From Lama guanicoe (lineage: Eukaryota), in NCBI GenBank assembly GCA_013239625.1, contig MU054323.1:5817220-5881219 (forward strand): a DNA stretch of 64,000 nucleotides, given 5' to 3'. The notes under the pieces were generated by a model. The model was not told the origin of the DNA. It worked only from the letters and a program-made list of their open reading frames with translations, and did no database searches. The position numbers and the translations under genes were made by a program. Shown piece by piece: positions 38,625 to 50,466 of the stretch (position 1 is its first letter; the number at the start of each line of letters is the position of its first letter).

Positions 38625-39060
38625 TTTTATTTGAGGGATAATAGCTGAGGCAGTACAGAAAAAATAAAATAAAAATAAAATCCACAGATCTGAAGTGTTT
38701 AGTTCACTGAGTTGCGATAACTATATACACCTGTGTAGCCACCATCCAAAACAAGATGTAAAACATTTTCATCACCCCCAGAAAGTTCCTGTGTGCCTCC
38801 TCCAAGCAATCCTGCTTCTTTCCCCAACCATTTTCTGCTATCAGTCACCATAGATGAGCTTTGCCTGCTGTTGGCTTTCTTATGAACAGGAACATGTGGT
38901 GTGTACTCTGGTGCCCAGCTGCACCATTTTTCCACACTGACACGTATCCCAGTAGTTTGTTCTTTATTGCTAAGTAGTATTCCGTGGCACATGCCACAGT
39001 TTGTGTGTCCACTTTCCTGTGGACGGACATTGAGCAGTGCAGTGTTTGAGGACAGCCAGC
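38625..39060 (-). mobile_element. L1MB/MC-type 3' end, tail-to-tail with the previous L1
   Basis: aacattttcatcaccccagaaagttcc...tttattgctaagtagtattcc. Confidence 0.75.
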
Positions 39061-41540
39061 AGCGAGGGAGGATGTTGACTGGTTAACTGGCAGTGTCCCC
39101 ACAGGTTGGAGTTGTCATTTAAGCTCTCCGTGCTGGGGGTTTTCCTTCTGGACAGGCAGCTTACCCAGAGTTGAATGGTCTCCAGGTCACGGGGTCATGG
39201 CCATGGTGTTTGGGTGATTTACACTAAAAGTATGGCATCCAGGGAGCCAGATGCTCGTGCTGCTCCTAGACAGATTTCTCCCCTGAAGGCACATCACACG
39301 GGAAGCTGAGTGTCTATCAGGAGGCTGCTTGGTGACTCTGCGCTGGGGACAGGCGGGTGGATGGTCTTAAAGGTCAATGCCCTTAAGCCATGACTGCACC
39401 GCCCCAGCTCAGGCAGCCACCCGCAGAACTGACCAGATACCAGGGGGTAGGACCAGGGTGGCCTGTCCCCGGCTCGGCCCCTTCCTCTCTGGCTTGGAGT
39501 CTCAGGGCTGGTTGATGGGTTCTTTCTGTAGCCACGTGAATGCCTTTAGTCTGAGACAGCAGCGTGACAGCTGCCTTTACAGTGACCTTGCCCTCTCTGT
39601 TGTGACCCATTCTCTGGTGAGTCTGCAGTCTGACTCTGAGGTCAGCGTCCCCCACTTCCACATTTCCGGGCAGCATCTCATTTCCTGAAGCAGCGAGGCC
39701 TTGTGCTCACGAGCCACAGCCTTCACTGCCAGGTAGGTATGGACTCAGCATCCTCGCAAGGCCACCTACACATGGCATAATCTAGGCAAGTTACTTCATC
39801 TCTTGGAACATAGCCACCTCATATAATGGCACTAATAATAGCTTTACTGCCCTATGTACTGCCTGTAACAGGCCTGTAAGGGGGTGGGGTGGGGGTGGGA
39901 GGGCAGTTCTTGCCTTCCAGGAATGCAGACAAAGTTCATCTGCATGAAAGCTGAATTCAGTTGTCTCCCTGAGGTCCACATTCCTGGGCGCTGCCTCATC
40001 GCACGATGTAGACAATACGGGAGGAGAGTGTGTGGGTGGACGCTGAAACTGCTCTACAGGGGAGAGCTGGGAAGACAGGGGTGGCTGATGAGGGCGGGCT
40101 GTCGTCACTGGGAAGCCCCAGGAACCAGGGCATTTGGAGACCCTCCAAGAGCAGGGGTCTTGATGATGGTCACCCTCCCTCCATTCAGGTGCCTCCCTCT
40201 GTTCACCGCTGACCCCCGTCCCAAGTCCACCAGCTCACCAGCTCACCAGCTCAATACAACTAACAGATCTACTCTCTCCTGCGAGAGCTAAGCTTAGAAG
40301 ACCAGCTGGGGTTTGCACGGTGATTTCTAAAGGAGGCATTACACTGAATTCACCTCTGAGAGATGTCGATGGCTTAGCTAGAGGTGCATGAGCGCCAGAA
40401 CTGTGTGGTTGGCTCCCTGGCCAGAGCCTGCAGTGTTGATGCTCAGAGGATGGGGGAATGGAGTGTGGAGCCCATCTCAGCGAGTCAGGACATGGCTGGA
40501 GAGTAGGAAGGTGCATTGGTGACAGAGGGACCGTCACCTGGCTCCAAGGAGCCACACTCTCTGGCCAGGCGGAGGCCACCCTTGGTTCTCCTCTCCCCTC
40601 TTCCATCTCTTGAAAACTTTCACATCTCTCTGCTCAGTTTAGATCCTACCTGTCATTCACGCCTTTCTCCAGGAGGAGCCCATAACCATGTTCTCCATGT
40701 AACCACTTCTTAGGGGTCCCCAGCAGACCATGTGCTCCTGGGGGAATTTTGATCATCCCATCTTTTGTTTATATTCCTTTGTTGATTTTCGTCTAAAAGC
40801 CCAGGCCCCTGCTAGGCGCATGTCACAGTTTGATCGAGCGAGGCCCAGAGAAGGCGAATGCCATCTAAGACGTGCCAGTGAGAAGCAGGACCCCAAATCC
40901 TAGATCATGGAAGCAGCATCATGAGCTGGAGAGATGACAGCGGAGGGTCCAGATGCTCCCAGGGATCCTCTCCCATGACCGGCACTGTTTCAAGCTGTGC
41001 TGGGTGGAAAGGTGCAAAACCTGGGGAATTTTCTCTCTGTGTGTTGGTTATTGTCACATGGAAGCAGGGATGATTCCTGAAATGTGTGACTAGATAAGGA
41101 ATCCCTTCACCAAGGTGTAAAATAACTGTGCATCCAAACTGTGCATAACTAAGCCACAAAGAAAGGGCTTTGCTCCGTTTCTCCTGCACATCACACATAA
41201 ATCTTCCTAGGGCACTAAACCTGTGTGCTCATCTGACATCCTTGGGGCCTGGGGTCATCGGTGAAAGTCCAGCCTGTATCAGCTCCCAGGTGTTACCTGT
41301 GCACCACACCCCCATCCTCTTTCTTCTCCCCCATCCAGGTTTGTGTCATCCCTCTGCCCAGCTGTGAACCACACAGCCCGGTTTGCCTCGAGGAAACTCT
41401 GTCCTCGGAGTATGTGTTTGGGTGCTGGAGAAGGGGTGGCAAAAAGGTGCATGAAAAGCATTCCCTGCCTTTCTTCTGATCAGGAGACTATAAGGAAAAA
41501 TACAAAACACTTCTTTGGAGATTTTGAAAATAAAATTTCT

Positions 41541-41838
41541 TTATATATATATATTTTTTAATTGAAATATAGCTAGTTTACAATGTTGCATCAATTTCTG
41601 GCATACAGCATAATGTTTCGGTCATACATGTACATATATATTTCTTTTCATATTCTTTTTCATAATAGGTTAGAAGATACTGAATATAGTTCCCTGTGCT
41701 ATACAGTATAAACTTACTGTTTATCTATTTTATATATAGTAGTATCTGCAAATCTCAAACTCCCATTTTATCCCTTCCCACCCCCTTTCTCCTCTGGTAG
41801 CCATGAGTTTGTTTCCTATGTCTGTGAGTCTGTTTCTG
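41541..41838 (-). mobile_element. Young 5'-truncated L1 (cetartiodactyl/camelid-type 3' end) with 15-bp TSD
   Basis: TSD gaaaataaaatttct (41526-41540) / gaaaacaaaatttct (41839-41853); T/TA tail at left; body attgaaatatagctagtttacaatgttg...gaatatagttccctgtgctatacag...tatgtctgtgagtctgtttctg. Confidence 0.9.
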
Positions 41839-42664
41839 GAAAACAAAATTTCTAAACTGACTTTATCATGAGTTTGTTTATTTGAGAGAATCGTTTTGGA
41901 AAGTTGCTTAATGAAAAGAAATTGGGGACACGTTATATATATACTATGATATCAAGTATGTGAAAACAAAGAAGGACGTAGAACAAAAGGCTGAAAATAT
42001 GCCCTAATGTTAACAGTAGTCCTCTTTCTATTTTAAAATTCTCTATTTAAAAAATAGATTTTTTAAAAAGTAATCAACATATCTTTCATAATGGGAAAAA
42101 TTAGAACTTATTTAACCTGGGAAAGAAATTTAACAGCACTAATAAGGTTAATTTTTGCCACCTGCCACCCTCAGAGTGAGCAATGTGTTTGTGTGCATGC
42201 CCACACAAATACTAACAAAAACATGGGAAGGACAGGCCTCAATGTGGAAGAAATTCCTGAACAACCAGTATTTAAAAGGGAGGAAGGAACAAAATACAAT
42301 CATATGATCCCACATGTAATATCCCTCACAGTAAGTCTCAGAGCCCTCTTAAATGAACAATTCTCTCAAGGTTTTAGTCCATCCTGGGGCTCCTGCAGGA
42401 TCCGAGATTGGAGGGCTTGCTTCTTAGAGACAGCTAAGCTAAAGCAGGCTCCAAACCCGAAAAGCCTGCCTCGGTGAATGCTAGCCGAGTGCCAGCCTTC
42501 TCAAATAACTGTGCCCCCAAGTGGTCACTTGCACCTGTAAATTACATCCAGCAAAAGGGTTGCAATTAACCAGATCCTGCACCACAGGGTTTATAATTTG
42601 ATAATAACGATGATGGCAGTAATACAAAACAGAAAGGAGTGAGAAAGGGAAGAAGAAACCAAAT

Positions 42665-42683
42665 TGTGTGTGTGTGTGTGTGT
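42665..42683. repeat. (TG)n microsatellite
   Basis: direct reading. Confidence 0.9.
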
Positions 42684-43894
42684 AGAGCAAAAGACAGGGA
42701 AGAATGTTCTGAATGTTCACCTTCCCCACGCGCCTCCAGAAAGAAGCGTTGTCGATGTGCGTGTTCCCAGCAGCAGAGGAACCTGGCCAGAGGGATGAGG
42801 GTGGCTGTGAGCAGAACCCTCCAAGAATTCCAGAGACTCTGCTCCTTTCTCTGGATGCTCCTCCGTGCCTTTGACGGCCTGCTTCTCTGCAGCAATAGTT
42901 CCATGATCGTCTCCTTGGCAGTCTGCCAGAGGCTCTAAGTGTACCGAGAATTGTGTTTTAATAGAAGGCTTTACCTCTGATACAGATTTAAAATGGGGAA
43001 GAAACTTTCAGTTCCTCAGCCAGAGCGAAATGCATTTTGCTTCTTGTGAAATGCTCATGATTACAAGCTCATCTTACATAATTTTATTATTTTCAATTGC
43101 TGCCTGTCAATCTCAGGTGATGGTTTCCTGGGAGCAGAAAGGAGGCAGATTCTGGGTGATGATAAGAAAAAAAAAGTCACCCAGTCATTAGCAAATCGTA
43201 TAGAAGTTTAGAAAGGAGAATAATTATCTTTGTGATGATGCTGTTCAAGATAATCAGAACTTGCATTGCTAAGTTAGACACACAGAAGTGAATCGAGTCC
43301 TATTTAATGGCCTTTTAGAAAAAGCATTTTCCCTTTAGCAAAGGGTTGATGTTTGAAATTTAAAAAAAAAATCTTTAAATCTAATGAAAGCGTTCTCTTC
43401 AATAACCATGTTTTCGGAAATCTTTGACACTGTCGAGGTGGTCCACTGTCACGCCCACAAGAGGGCATTTTCTCATCAACTACTGCAAAAACGATTTGTT
43501 TTTAAAGAGAAGCTGAGAGGCCTGGGGGAAGGAGAGTGTTAATCAGAAGCTGGGGATGGAGAACTACTTGCAATTGAGTTGTATGTATGTTTCCACTTAA
43601 TACGTCCTGCCGGAGCGGGAGCCAGTGCTACTGGCCAGGAATTCTGCTCAGTGTGTTTACTCTGTTTTTAATGTCTTATTCCCAGGATGACTTGGCACCA
43701 AAGGAAACCTTCACAAGAGTTTTCTCCAGATACAGGATACCACATGCTAGTCTGTAGCTATCATCAATTCCTAGAACTGGTATTTTAGCCATCAATGACT
43801 TTTACTACTAAATTTGATTTTCCAGTATTTTAAGACTGATCAAAATCCTCTAGTACAATGAGCCCCCACCCTTTCCTATTCCAGAGTCCTTCCT

Positions 43895-44130
43895 TTATTT
43901 ATTAACAAATATTTATTGAGCACCTACTACTGTGTGTCAACAAGGAGCCAGGCTAAGACCCTGTCTTCATGGAACATACAGTCTCCATAAGGAGACTTAG
44001 CATAAAAAAAGAAAAGAAACACTGAAGTATAGTCTAGATAATTATAAATGCTATGAGGGAAAATTATTGGGAAAAGGGAAGGGGTGGCTATTTTGGATTG
44101 GGTAGTTAGGAATAATACTTCTCTGAAGGG
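43895..44130 (-). mobile_element. L2 3' end
   Basis: aacaaatatttattgagcacctactactgtgtg...ccctgtcttcatggaacatacagtct. Confidence 0.85.
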
Positions 44131-44905
44131 GAACCAATGATATTCTAGTTTTGTTCAGTGGGTACCAGTACTATTTAGATTACAAACGTAATAAATTCTT
44201 TAAACTCCCTTCTTCAAAAGAGTTAGTTGCAATGTTTAGTATCTCATGAACCATGAACCATGATGAAAATGGGAGAAGCAACATGAAGTTGACAGTTACT
44301 AGTTTGTGTTAAATAACATTTATAAATTATCCTCTATTCTTCACCCCATTATTTCAAAAAACAATGAAAATTTTAACACCAAAGAGTAGGAAGGCTATAA
44401 TTCCAAATAGGATAAACTTAGTGTTTTGGAAAATTCACTCTTGAGTTTTCATCCATGCTTGGTCCCAGAACTTCATCGTGGACTAGTGCCACTCATGATA
44501 ATCATCTACCCTTTACCCAACCACAGGCCCAAGCTGCAGAAGGCACAGTAATGGCAGCTCTGTTGACGCCAATTTCTCAAGCCTGCCCGGCTCACAGCCA
44601 CACATACAAGACACAAGAGCAAAAGGTGGTGTGCTTCCCATCCTAGGGGTTCTAGGATACTTGGTAGGGAATTCAGCTCAAGAGCTATGATGCCCTTAGA
44701 GATCAATGTGACAGTTTCTGAAGCCAAGAGTCAAAGCTCTCCTTTGAAGACATGTTTTGAAAGGTCAGAACAGAACAGGCTGGGCAAATCGAGGAGGGCT
44801 TCCTGGAAAAGGTGAGCCTTCAACTTGGCCTTAAAGGATAGAAAGGTATGAGGAAGAGGGTAATAATGAGTGACATATTCATTCTTTTAAGTTAATATGA
44901 AACAC

Positions 44906-44972
44906 CATATTTAAGAATCTTTATTAATTTGGAGGAAAATGGCATCTCATTGTGTCCTATCTACCGTTTCCA
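44906..44972 (+). repeat. Exact 67-bp direct repeat, copy 1
   Basis: catatttaagaatctttattaatttggaggaaaatggcatctcattgtgtcctatctaccgtttcca, identical to 47375-47441. Confidence 0.97.
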
Positions 44973-45029
44973 ACACCCAATAAAAGCAACACCCGCTGTG
45001 TAATGTTTTCAGGCATAATGAAGTAACTA

Positions 45030-47290
45030 GTAATCCCTAAAAACCTGTTGTCTAGAGATGGCTGTCATTAATATCCTATCGTATTTTCTTCTAGTCTTCC
45101 TTTTGGTTTGCATTTTTACAGTAGCCAGGGACACATTGCAAGTCAGATTTTGCATCATGCTTTTTTACGCTTTAGAACATTGTCCCACGTCATTGAAAAT
45201 GATTCCTCTACATCACTTCTTAGTGCCTACTTGGCATTCCATTATGCCTGTGATCTGGTTTGCTCAGCCATTTCACCAATCAGGTGTCTCTGTTTGGGTT
45301 TTTTTCCCTACTATAACCCTCTTATGTGTTATCTTGGTTCATAGTTTTGGTGTCAGGCAAAAACGACAAGGCCCAGCTCCGATGGCAACATAGACTCATC
45401 ACATTTTCCACCCAGGCCTCTGTCTTCCACGTGTCACAGGAAGATAATAGTACCAGCCTCATGGGGGGGTGGGGGGAGTGTAAGAGTTACATGAAAGGAT
45501 GTTTTGGATCGAGTTCCAGAAATAGAATTACCAAGGTTTGATCTTTTAAAATTATATAACTTTCTAATTATAAGAATAATGTTCTTTATGGAAAATTTTA
45601 GCAAAAAGAAAAGCCAGGCCTCATCTCCTCACTAAGATAAAAACAACATTTTAGAGTCTATTATTTGTCACTTTGAGCAGAATTGGAGTTGTACTATATA
45701 TATATTTATCTCCTGCTTTTTCCATCTTAACCTTGTATTGATTTCCCATTGTCATTACATATTCAGAAACATCATCAAAGGCTGTATTTCATTATATTCC
45801 ATTGTATTAATATGCCATATCTTATTTAACAAACTTACTATTGTTGGATTTTTTTTTCTAGATAATGATTTGCTGTTATAAATAACATTGAAATCAGGTG
45901 TTGTTGAAAATAAATATCTGCAGACCTTTGGGGTTATTTCCTTAAGATTAATTCCTAGAGCAGTTATTGCCAGATTAGCCATAGGAGGATACTGAAGACA
46001 TTGATCTGCATCACCAGGTCGCCCCCAAAAGCATGTGCCCCCATAAATAGCATAAGAACACCTATTTTACCCCACGCTTACCTATTATAATTTTTAAAAC
46101 TATCTCAGTCCGTTGGATCAGTGGGTGAGTGATGGTATCTCATGGCCCCAGTTTGCACTCCCTTGATTACCAATGGGCTGGAGCATTTGTTTCTGTGTTT
46201 ATTGACATTCCTGTCCTTTGCCTGTTCTTCTATTTATATTCATCTTTTTCTTATTGATTTGTAAGAGCTCTTTATGCATAAGAGGATATTAACCTTTTGG
46301 TGTAATGTTAGAAATATTTTTCCCAGTTTGTCATTTGTCTTTTAAATTCGTTTATGGTTTCTTGATTGTATAGAAGCCTTTAATTTGTTTGTTGTCCTAT
46401 TTATCAGCCTTTTCACTTTGATGTTTCCTCTCGTTTTTATGCTTGGAAAATCCTTCCCTCTCTGTCTTTAGATATCTATTCATTTACATTTTCTTCTAGC
46501 TGTGTCATGATTTCATTTTATAGGTTCACATTTTCATCCAGCTCCAGTTTTCTTGTAAGATATAAGATAGGAATTTAACTTTTTTTTAATAGTTATGTAA
46601 TTCTCCCAGTTCTGTTTATTGAATGATCTCTCTTTTCCCCCAATATGAAATGCTACTTCTCTCATACACTGAATGAATTCTTATATAAACTAGAGCATGT
46701 TTCCAGGCTATTTATTCTGTTCCATTCTCTCTCTGACCTAGTGCTATACCACGTTATTATAATTACAGATGTTTTTATATTATGTTTTAAAATCTGATAT
46801 ACAGATCAACTTCATTATTATTGTTCTCCAAAGTATGTTTAGCTGCTATCTCTGACACATCTAATAGCCCAGGTGAACTTTAGAATCATTTTTAACATGC
46901 TGAAAAATCTCTTGTTGACTTTTTTTTTAACATAACATATGAATTAGATGATATCTATAAATTGGTTTATAAAGAATTGACATCCTGACTGCAGTATTGA
47001 GACTGCTCATTCAGGAACGTGCTATTCCATTTACCCTCTCTCTCTTTCTGTTTATTTAAGTTTACTTTCATATCTCTCTGTAAACATTTGTGGTTTTCTT
47101 CATATGAGCTCCGAACTGTTCTTAGAAACTTCATTCTAGATGCTACATACAGACAGAGTGAAATCTTTCTGTCCCATTGTATCTTCTAATGAGTTATTTA
47201 TTACTGACAAAAAAGAAAGCTGTTAATTTTATGTGTTTATTTTGTACCCTGCCAGGTTATTGAGCTTTTTAATGAATAGAACTTTTTTAA
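45030..47290 (-). mobile_element. Highly decayed L1ME-type LINE (with a small MIR fragment at ~45340-45500)
   Basis: T-rich + strand; ttatttccttaagattaattcctaga, ttgatttgtaagagctcttt, aaatattttttcccagtttgtcatttgtctttt, tgaactttagaatc are L1 ORF2/3' antisense motifs. Confidence 0.8.
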
Positions 47291-47374
47291 GGCTCTCAGA
47301 ACATGCTGATCATTTCACCAAAAGAATGTGTGTACAGTCAATCCAAAAGCAGTGTCTGAGAGAGCTTATATTAT

Positions 47375-47441
47375 CATATTTAAGAATCTTTATTAATTTG
47401 GAGGAAAATGGCATCTCATTGTGTCCTATCTACCGTTTCCA
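47375..47441 (+). repeat. Exact 67-bp direct repeat, copy 2
   Basis: identical to 44906-44972. Confidence 0.97.
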
Positions 47442-48289
47442 TGAAATTTCTTCCCGACACTAAGCCTGAGTCTGTAATGCAATTTGGGGCATACAATCTC
47501 AGCAGGCAATGCTTGCATGTTGGCCTCTCCAGAAGAGATGGGCAGCTTTGGTGATTCTGATGTGCTGAAGAGTCAGATAGGAGGTCAGTGTTCAGACAGG
47601 AGTTTGGGGTTCACAGCACCGCCTTGTGGGGAGGGCAGGAGGGGACTAGTCATAATGAACGATGGAAGAAGTAGCCCTGGACGTATGGCCCAGACCTATT
47701 GGGTAGAGTCTGCTGTTATGATGTTAGGTTTCATCTCACCCAGATGTATGCTCACAGCCAGACAAACTGGAGTGCAAAGAAACAGTCAGACACCACTTTC
47801 CCCACTGATGAGCGCTGAAGGACACTCAAGACTTCCAGGCACAAAGACAACCCCTCGAAGTGAGCAAAAGAAGAAGAGGATGGCTGACCAGGAATTTAAC
47901 TGTCGTATCTGGGCACTTGGTCCTCAGCAGCTGTACCGAGCTCACGTTCCATTGTCGTCCTGTCCAAATTCAGGCTTTCTGTCGGTTTCGGGGAAGGAAG
48001 GATTTCTCTCCCCGGCTTCTCCCCAGCATATGGCTGGGGGCGGGGGCGGAATCTCCCCGCAGCCCCACACAGACGGCTTGTGAAAGTACTGACAGTGTGT
48101 GTTTCCTCCGTTGGACAACTCTTCTTTCACTCTCTGATTTTTATGCCAGTTTGAGAAGGTTGTTTTTCTCCCACTTGAAAATCTCCTTCGGAAGGAATAT
48201 GTTGCCATCAGCAAGTCCTCTACATTGTAACTATCTCCTCTGAAGCCAGACTGTAAGACAGTGCATCTTTCTTCAATAAAACCCAAACT

Positions 48290-49290
48290 CATTATTTGCA
48301 GTTCAGCAAATATGAGCACCTTCTACATGCCAGGCATTGTGCTTGGTGTTGGAACTCAACGGTGAGCAAAAACCTGCCTGATTCCTTCCCTCAAAGAGCT
48401 TACAGTCTCATGGGGGAAACATATTTACCAGGGAGTTGAGACGGAAGGCATACAGTGCTGTAACAGGGATCCCCGCCTCATCTTGGGTTCAGGGAGCAGG
48501 TAATGACTGAGCTGAGATTGAAAGGCATGGTTGACCTCAGGATTTAAAGGGCAGTTGAGCTGGGGAGGGGATCATACACTGAGGGGACAGAGGCACTCTG
48601 GCCAGGATAGGAGAGAGTATGACATGTTCCAGGAAAGGAGAGAAGCCAGGGAGGCTGGAGCTGAGAAAACAAGGGGGAGTGTGGTCCAGGAGGAGACTGG
48701 AGAGTTAGGTAGGGAGAAAGCAGGCAGGGTCTTGTTGGCCATATATGGGATCTTTGTCTATCGTAAGAGCACTGCCTGACTTTTATGGTTCTTAAGGGAC
48801 AGAATGACATTTTTTAAAAGATGGTGCTGGCTGCCACGTGGGAACGTGCTGGGAAGTGCTGAGGAAGAATATGGGGTTCAATTAGGGGATGGTTGCCAGG
48901 GTCCAGGTGAAAATTGATGGCAGCAACGGGGACTTAGGTAATGGTACAGGTGGAGAGAAGTAAATGAGTTTGAGACACTTTAAAAGGCGGACGTGGCAGG
49001 CCTCGGTGGTGGGTTGGATGTGAGGAAATAATGGAGAGGGATGTCTCAAGGGTGACACAAACACTTCCGGTCTGGGTGGATGGATGGTGGTGGTACTGAT
49101 GGCACCGGGAACACTGGGCGGAGTCAGGTGTGATGGAGAAGACTGAGGTTCTTTAGGACCAGGTGTGAGGGCTCCTGAGACATGGAGGGGATGGCAGATC
49201 GGCAGTTAAATGGATGGGTCTGGCACATGCTCAGAGGAAAGATCAGGGCCAGAGACGTACCTTTGGAGGGAATCACCCAAGTTAGATTCA
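48290..49290 (-). mobile_element. L2a-like LINE, ~1 kb 3' portion
   Basis: cagcaaatatgagcacc...tgccaggcattgtgc...gagcttacagtct...ggagagaagtaaatgagtttgagac...ggcagttaaatggatgggtctgg. Confidence 0.85.
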
Positions 49291-49773
49291 GGAAGACCCT
49301 TAGATATAGGGGACAAGCTGTTGGGCTGTCCAGCTGGACCTGGTCCTCTCAGGCCCTCTTGCTACTACCACACTCTGGCTCCCAGAGATGGCGCTTCCCC
49401 GGGTGTGGAGATTTCCTGTGTATCCTTCACCACGTGCTGGCTGCGTCAACACTGAGATAATAAAAAGGGCATAAACACAGAGAAACCACACGTCTCAATA
49501 ATCTGTGGATCACTAGCCTTCCAGGCTCGTAGATCCCACCCTTCACTGGTGAGTCTCTGCGTAACCAGATGGAACCAGAGTCTCTCCTGTCTCCTCCCTC
49601 CTCTGTCCTGAGCCTTCCTTGCCTTCCCAAAGGCCCTCATTTCTGAACAATAAGCCTCAAAATACCTAGCGCGACCATTCTGTTACAAGAGCCAAGAAGA
49701 ACATTAAGTTTGCTTCAATTTAAGATCACTTCTGTAATCATACGTGCAATAAATATTTATGAAACACCTACTA

Positions 49774-50466
49774 CAGGCGTCCTCGGAGGTTCTGCGGGTT
49801 CGATGCCAGACCACTGCAACACAGCGAATATTGCAGTAAAGCGAGTCACATGAATTTTGGGGTTTTTCTGGTGCATACAAAAATTATGTTTTAAAAGAAG
49901 AAAATAAATAAATAAAAGAAGCACAGATATAGAGGACAAGCTAGTGGTTACCAGTGGGGAGGTGGGGGAGAGGCAACATAGGGATGGAGGAGTGGAAGGT
50001 GCAAACTATTCAGTGTAAGAAAAGCTCAAGAATGTACTGTACAACACAGGGAACACAGACAATATCTTGTAATAACTGTAAATGGAAAGTAACCTTTAAA
50101 ATTGTATAAAAATAAAATTTTTTTGAAGTTATGTTTACACTATATTGTAGTCTGTTAAATGTGCAATAGCATTATGTCTGAAAGAACCAGTGTACCTACC
50201 TTAATTACAAAATACTGTATTGCTTTAAAAATGCCTAAGCAATTGCAGGAGTAACATCAAAGACCACTGAAGACAGATCAACATAACAAATATAACAACA
50301 AGGAAAAACTTTGAACTATTGCGAGAATTACCAAAATGTGACACACAGAGAGTGAGCAAATAATGTTGGGAAAATGGTGCTGATAGATTTGCTTGATGCA
50401 ATTTGTAAAAAATGCAATACCTGTGAAGCCCGATAAAGTGAAGCCCAATTAAACAAGGTCTGCCTG
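49774..50466 (-). mobile_element. Tigger1-derived internally deleted TcMar element
   Basis: TIRs ta|caggcgtcctcg...caaggtctgcctg|tg; both Tigger1 termini recognisable (gcgggttcgatgccagaccactgcaa; attaccaaaatgtgacac...aaatggtgctgataga). Confidence 0.9.
49892..50125 (+). mobile_element. L1 3' end inserted into the Tigger1 element
   Basis: acaagctagtggttaccagtgggga...gtactgtacaacacaggga...gtaataactgtaaatgga; TSD aaattatgttt (49881-49891) / aagttatgttt (50126-50136). Confidence 0.88.

Noticed and set aside
44906..47441. 67-bp repeats as TSDs or LTRs of the intervening 2.4-kb sequence
   Set aside because: The intervening L1 is highly decayed while the repeats are identical; 67 bp is far longer than L1 TSDs, and there are no LTR hallmarks.
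47484..48083. 199-aa + strand ORF in intron 1
   Set aside because: TTG start, no domain resemblance and no supporting exon structure.
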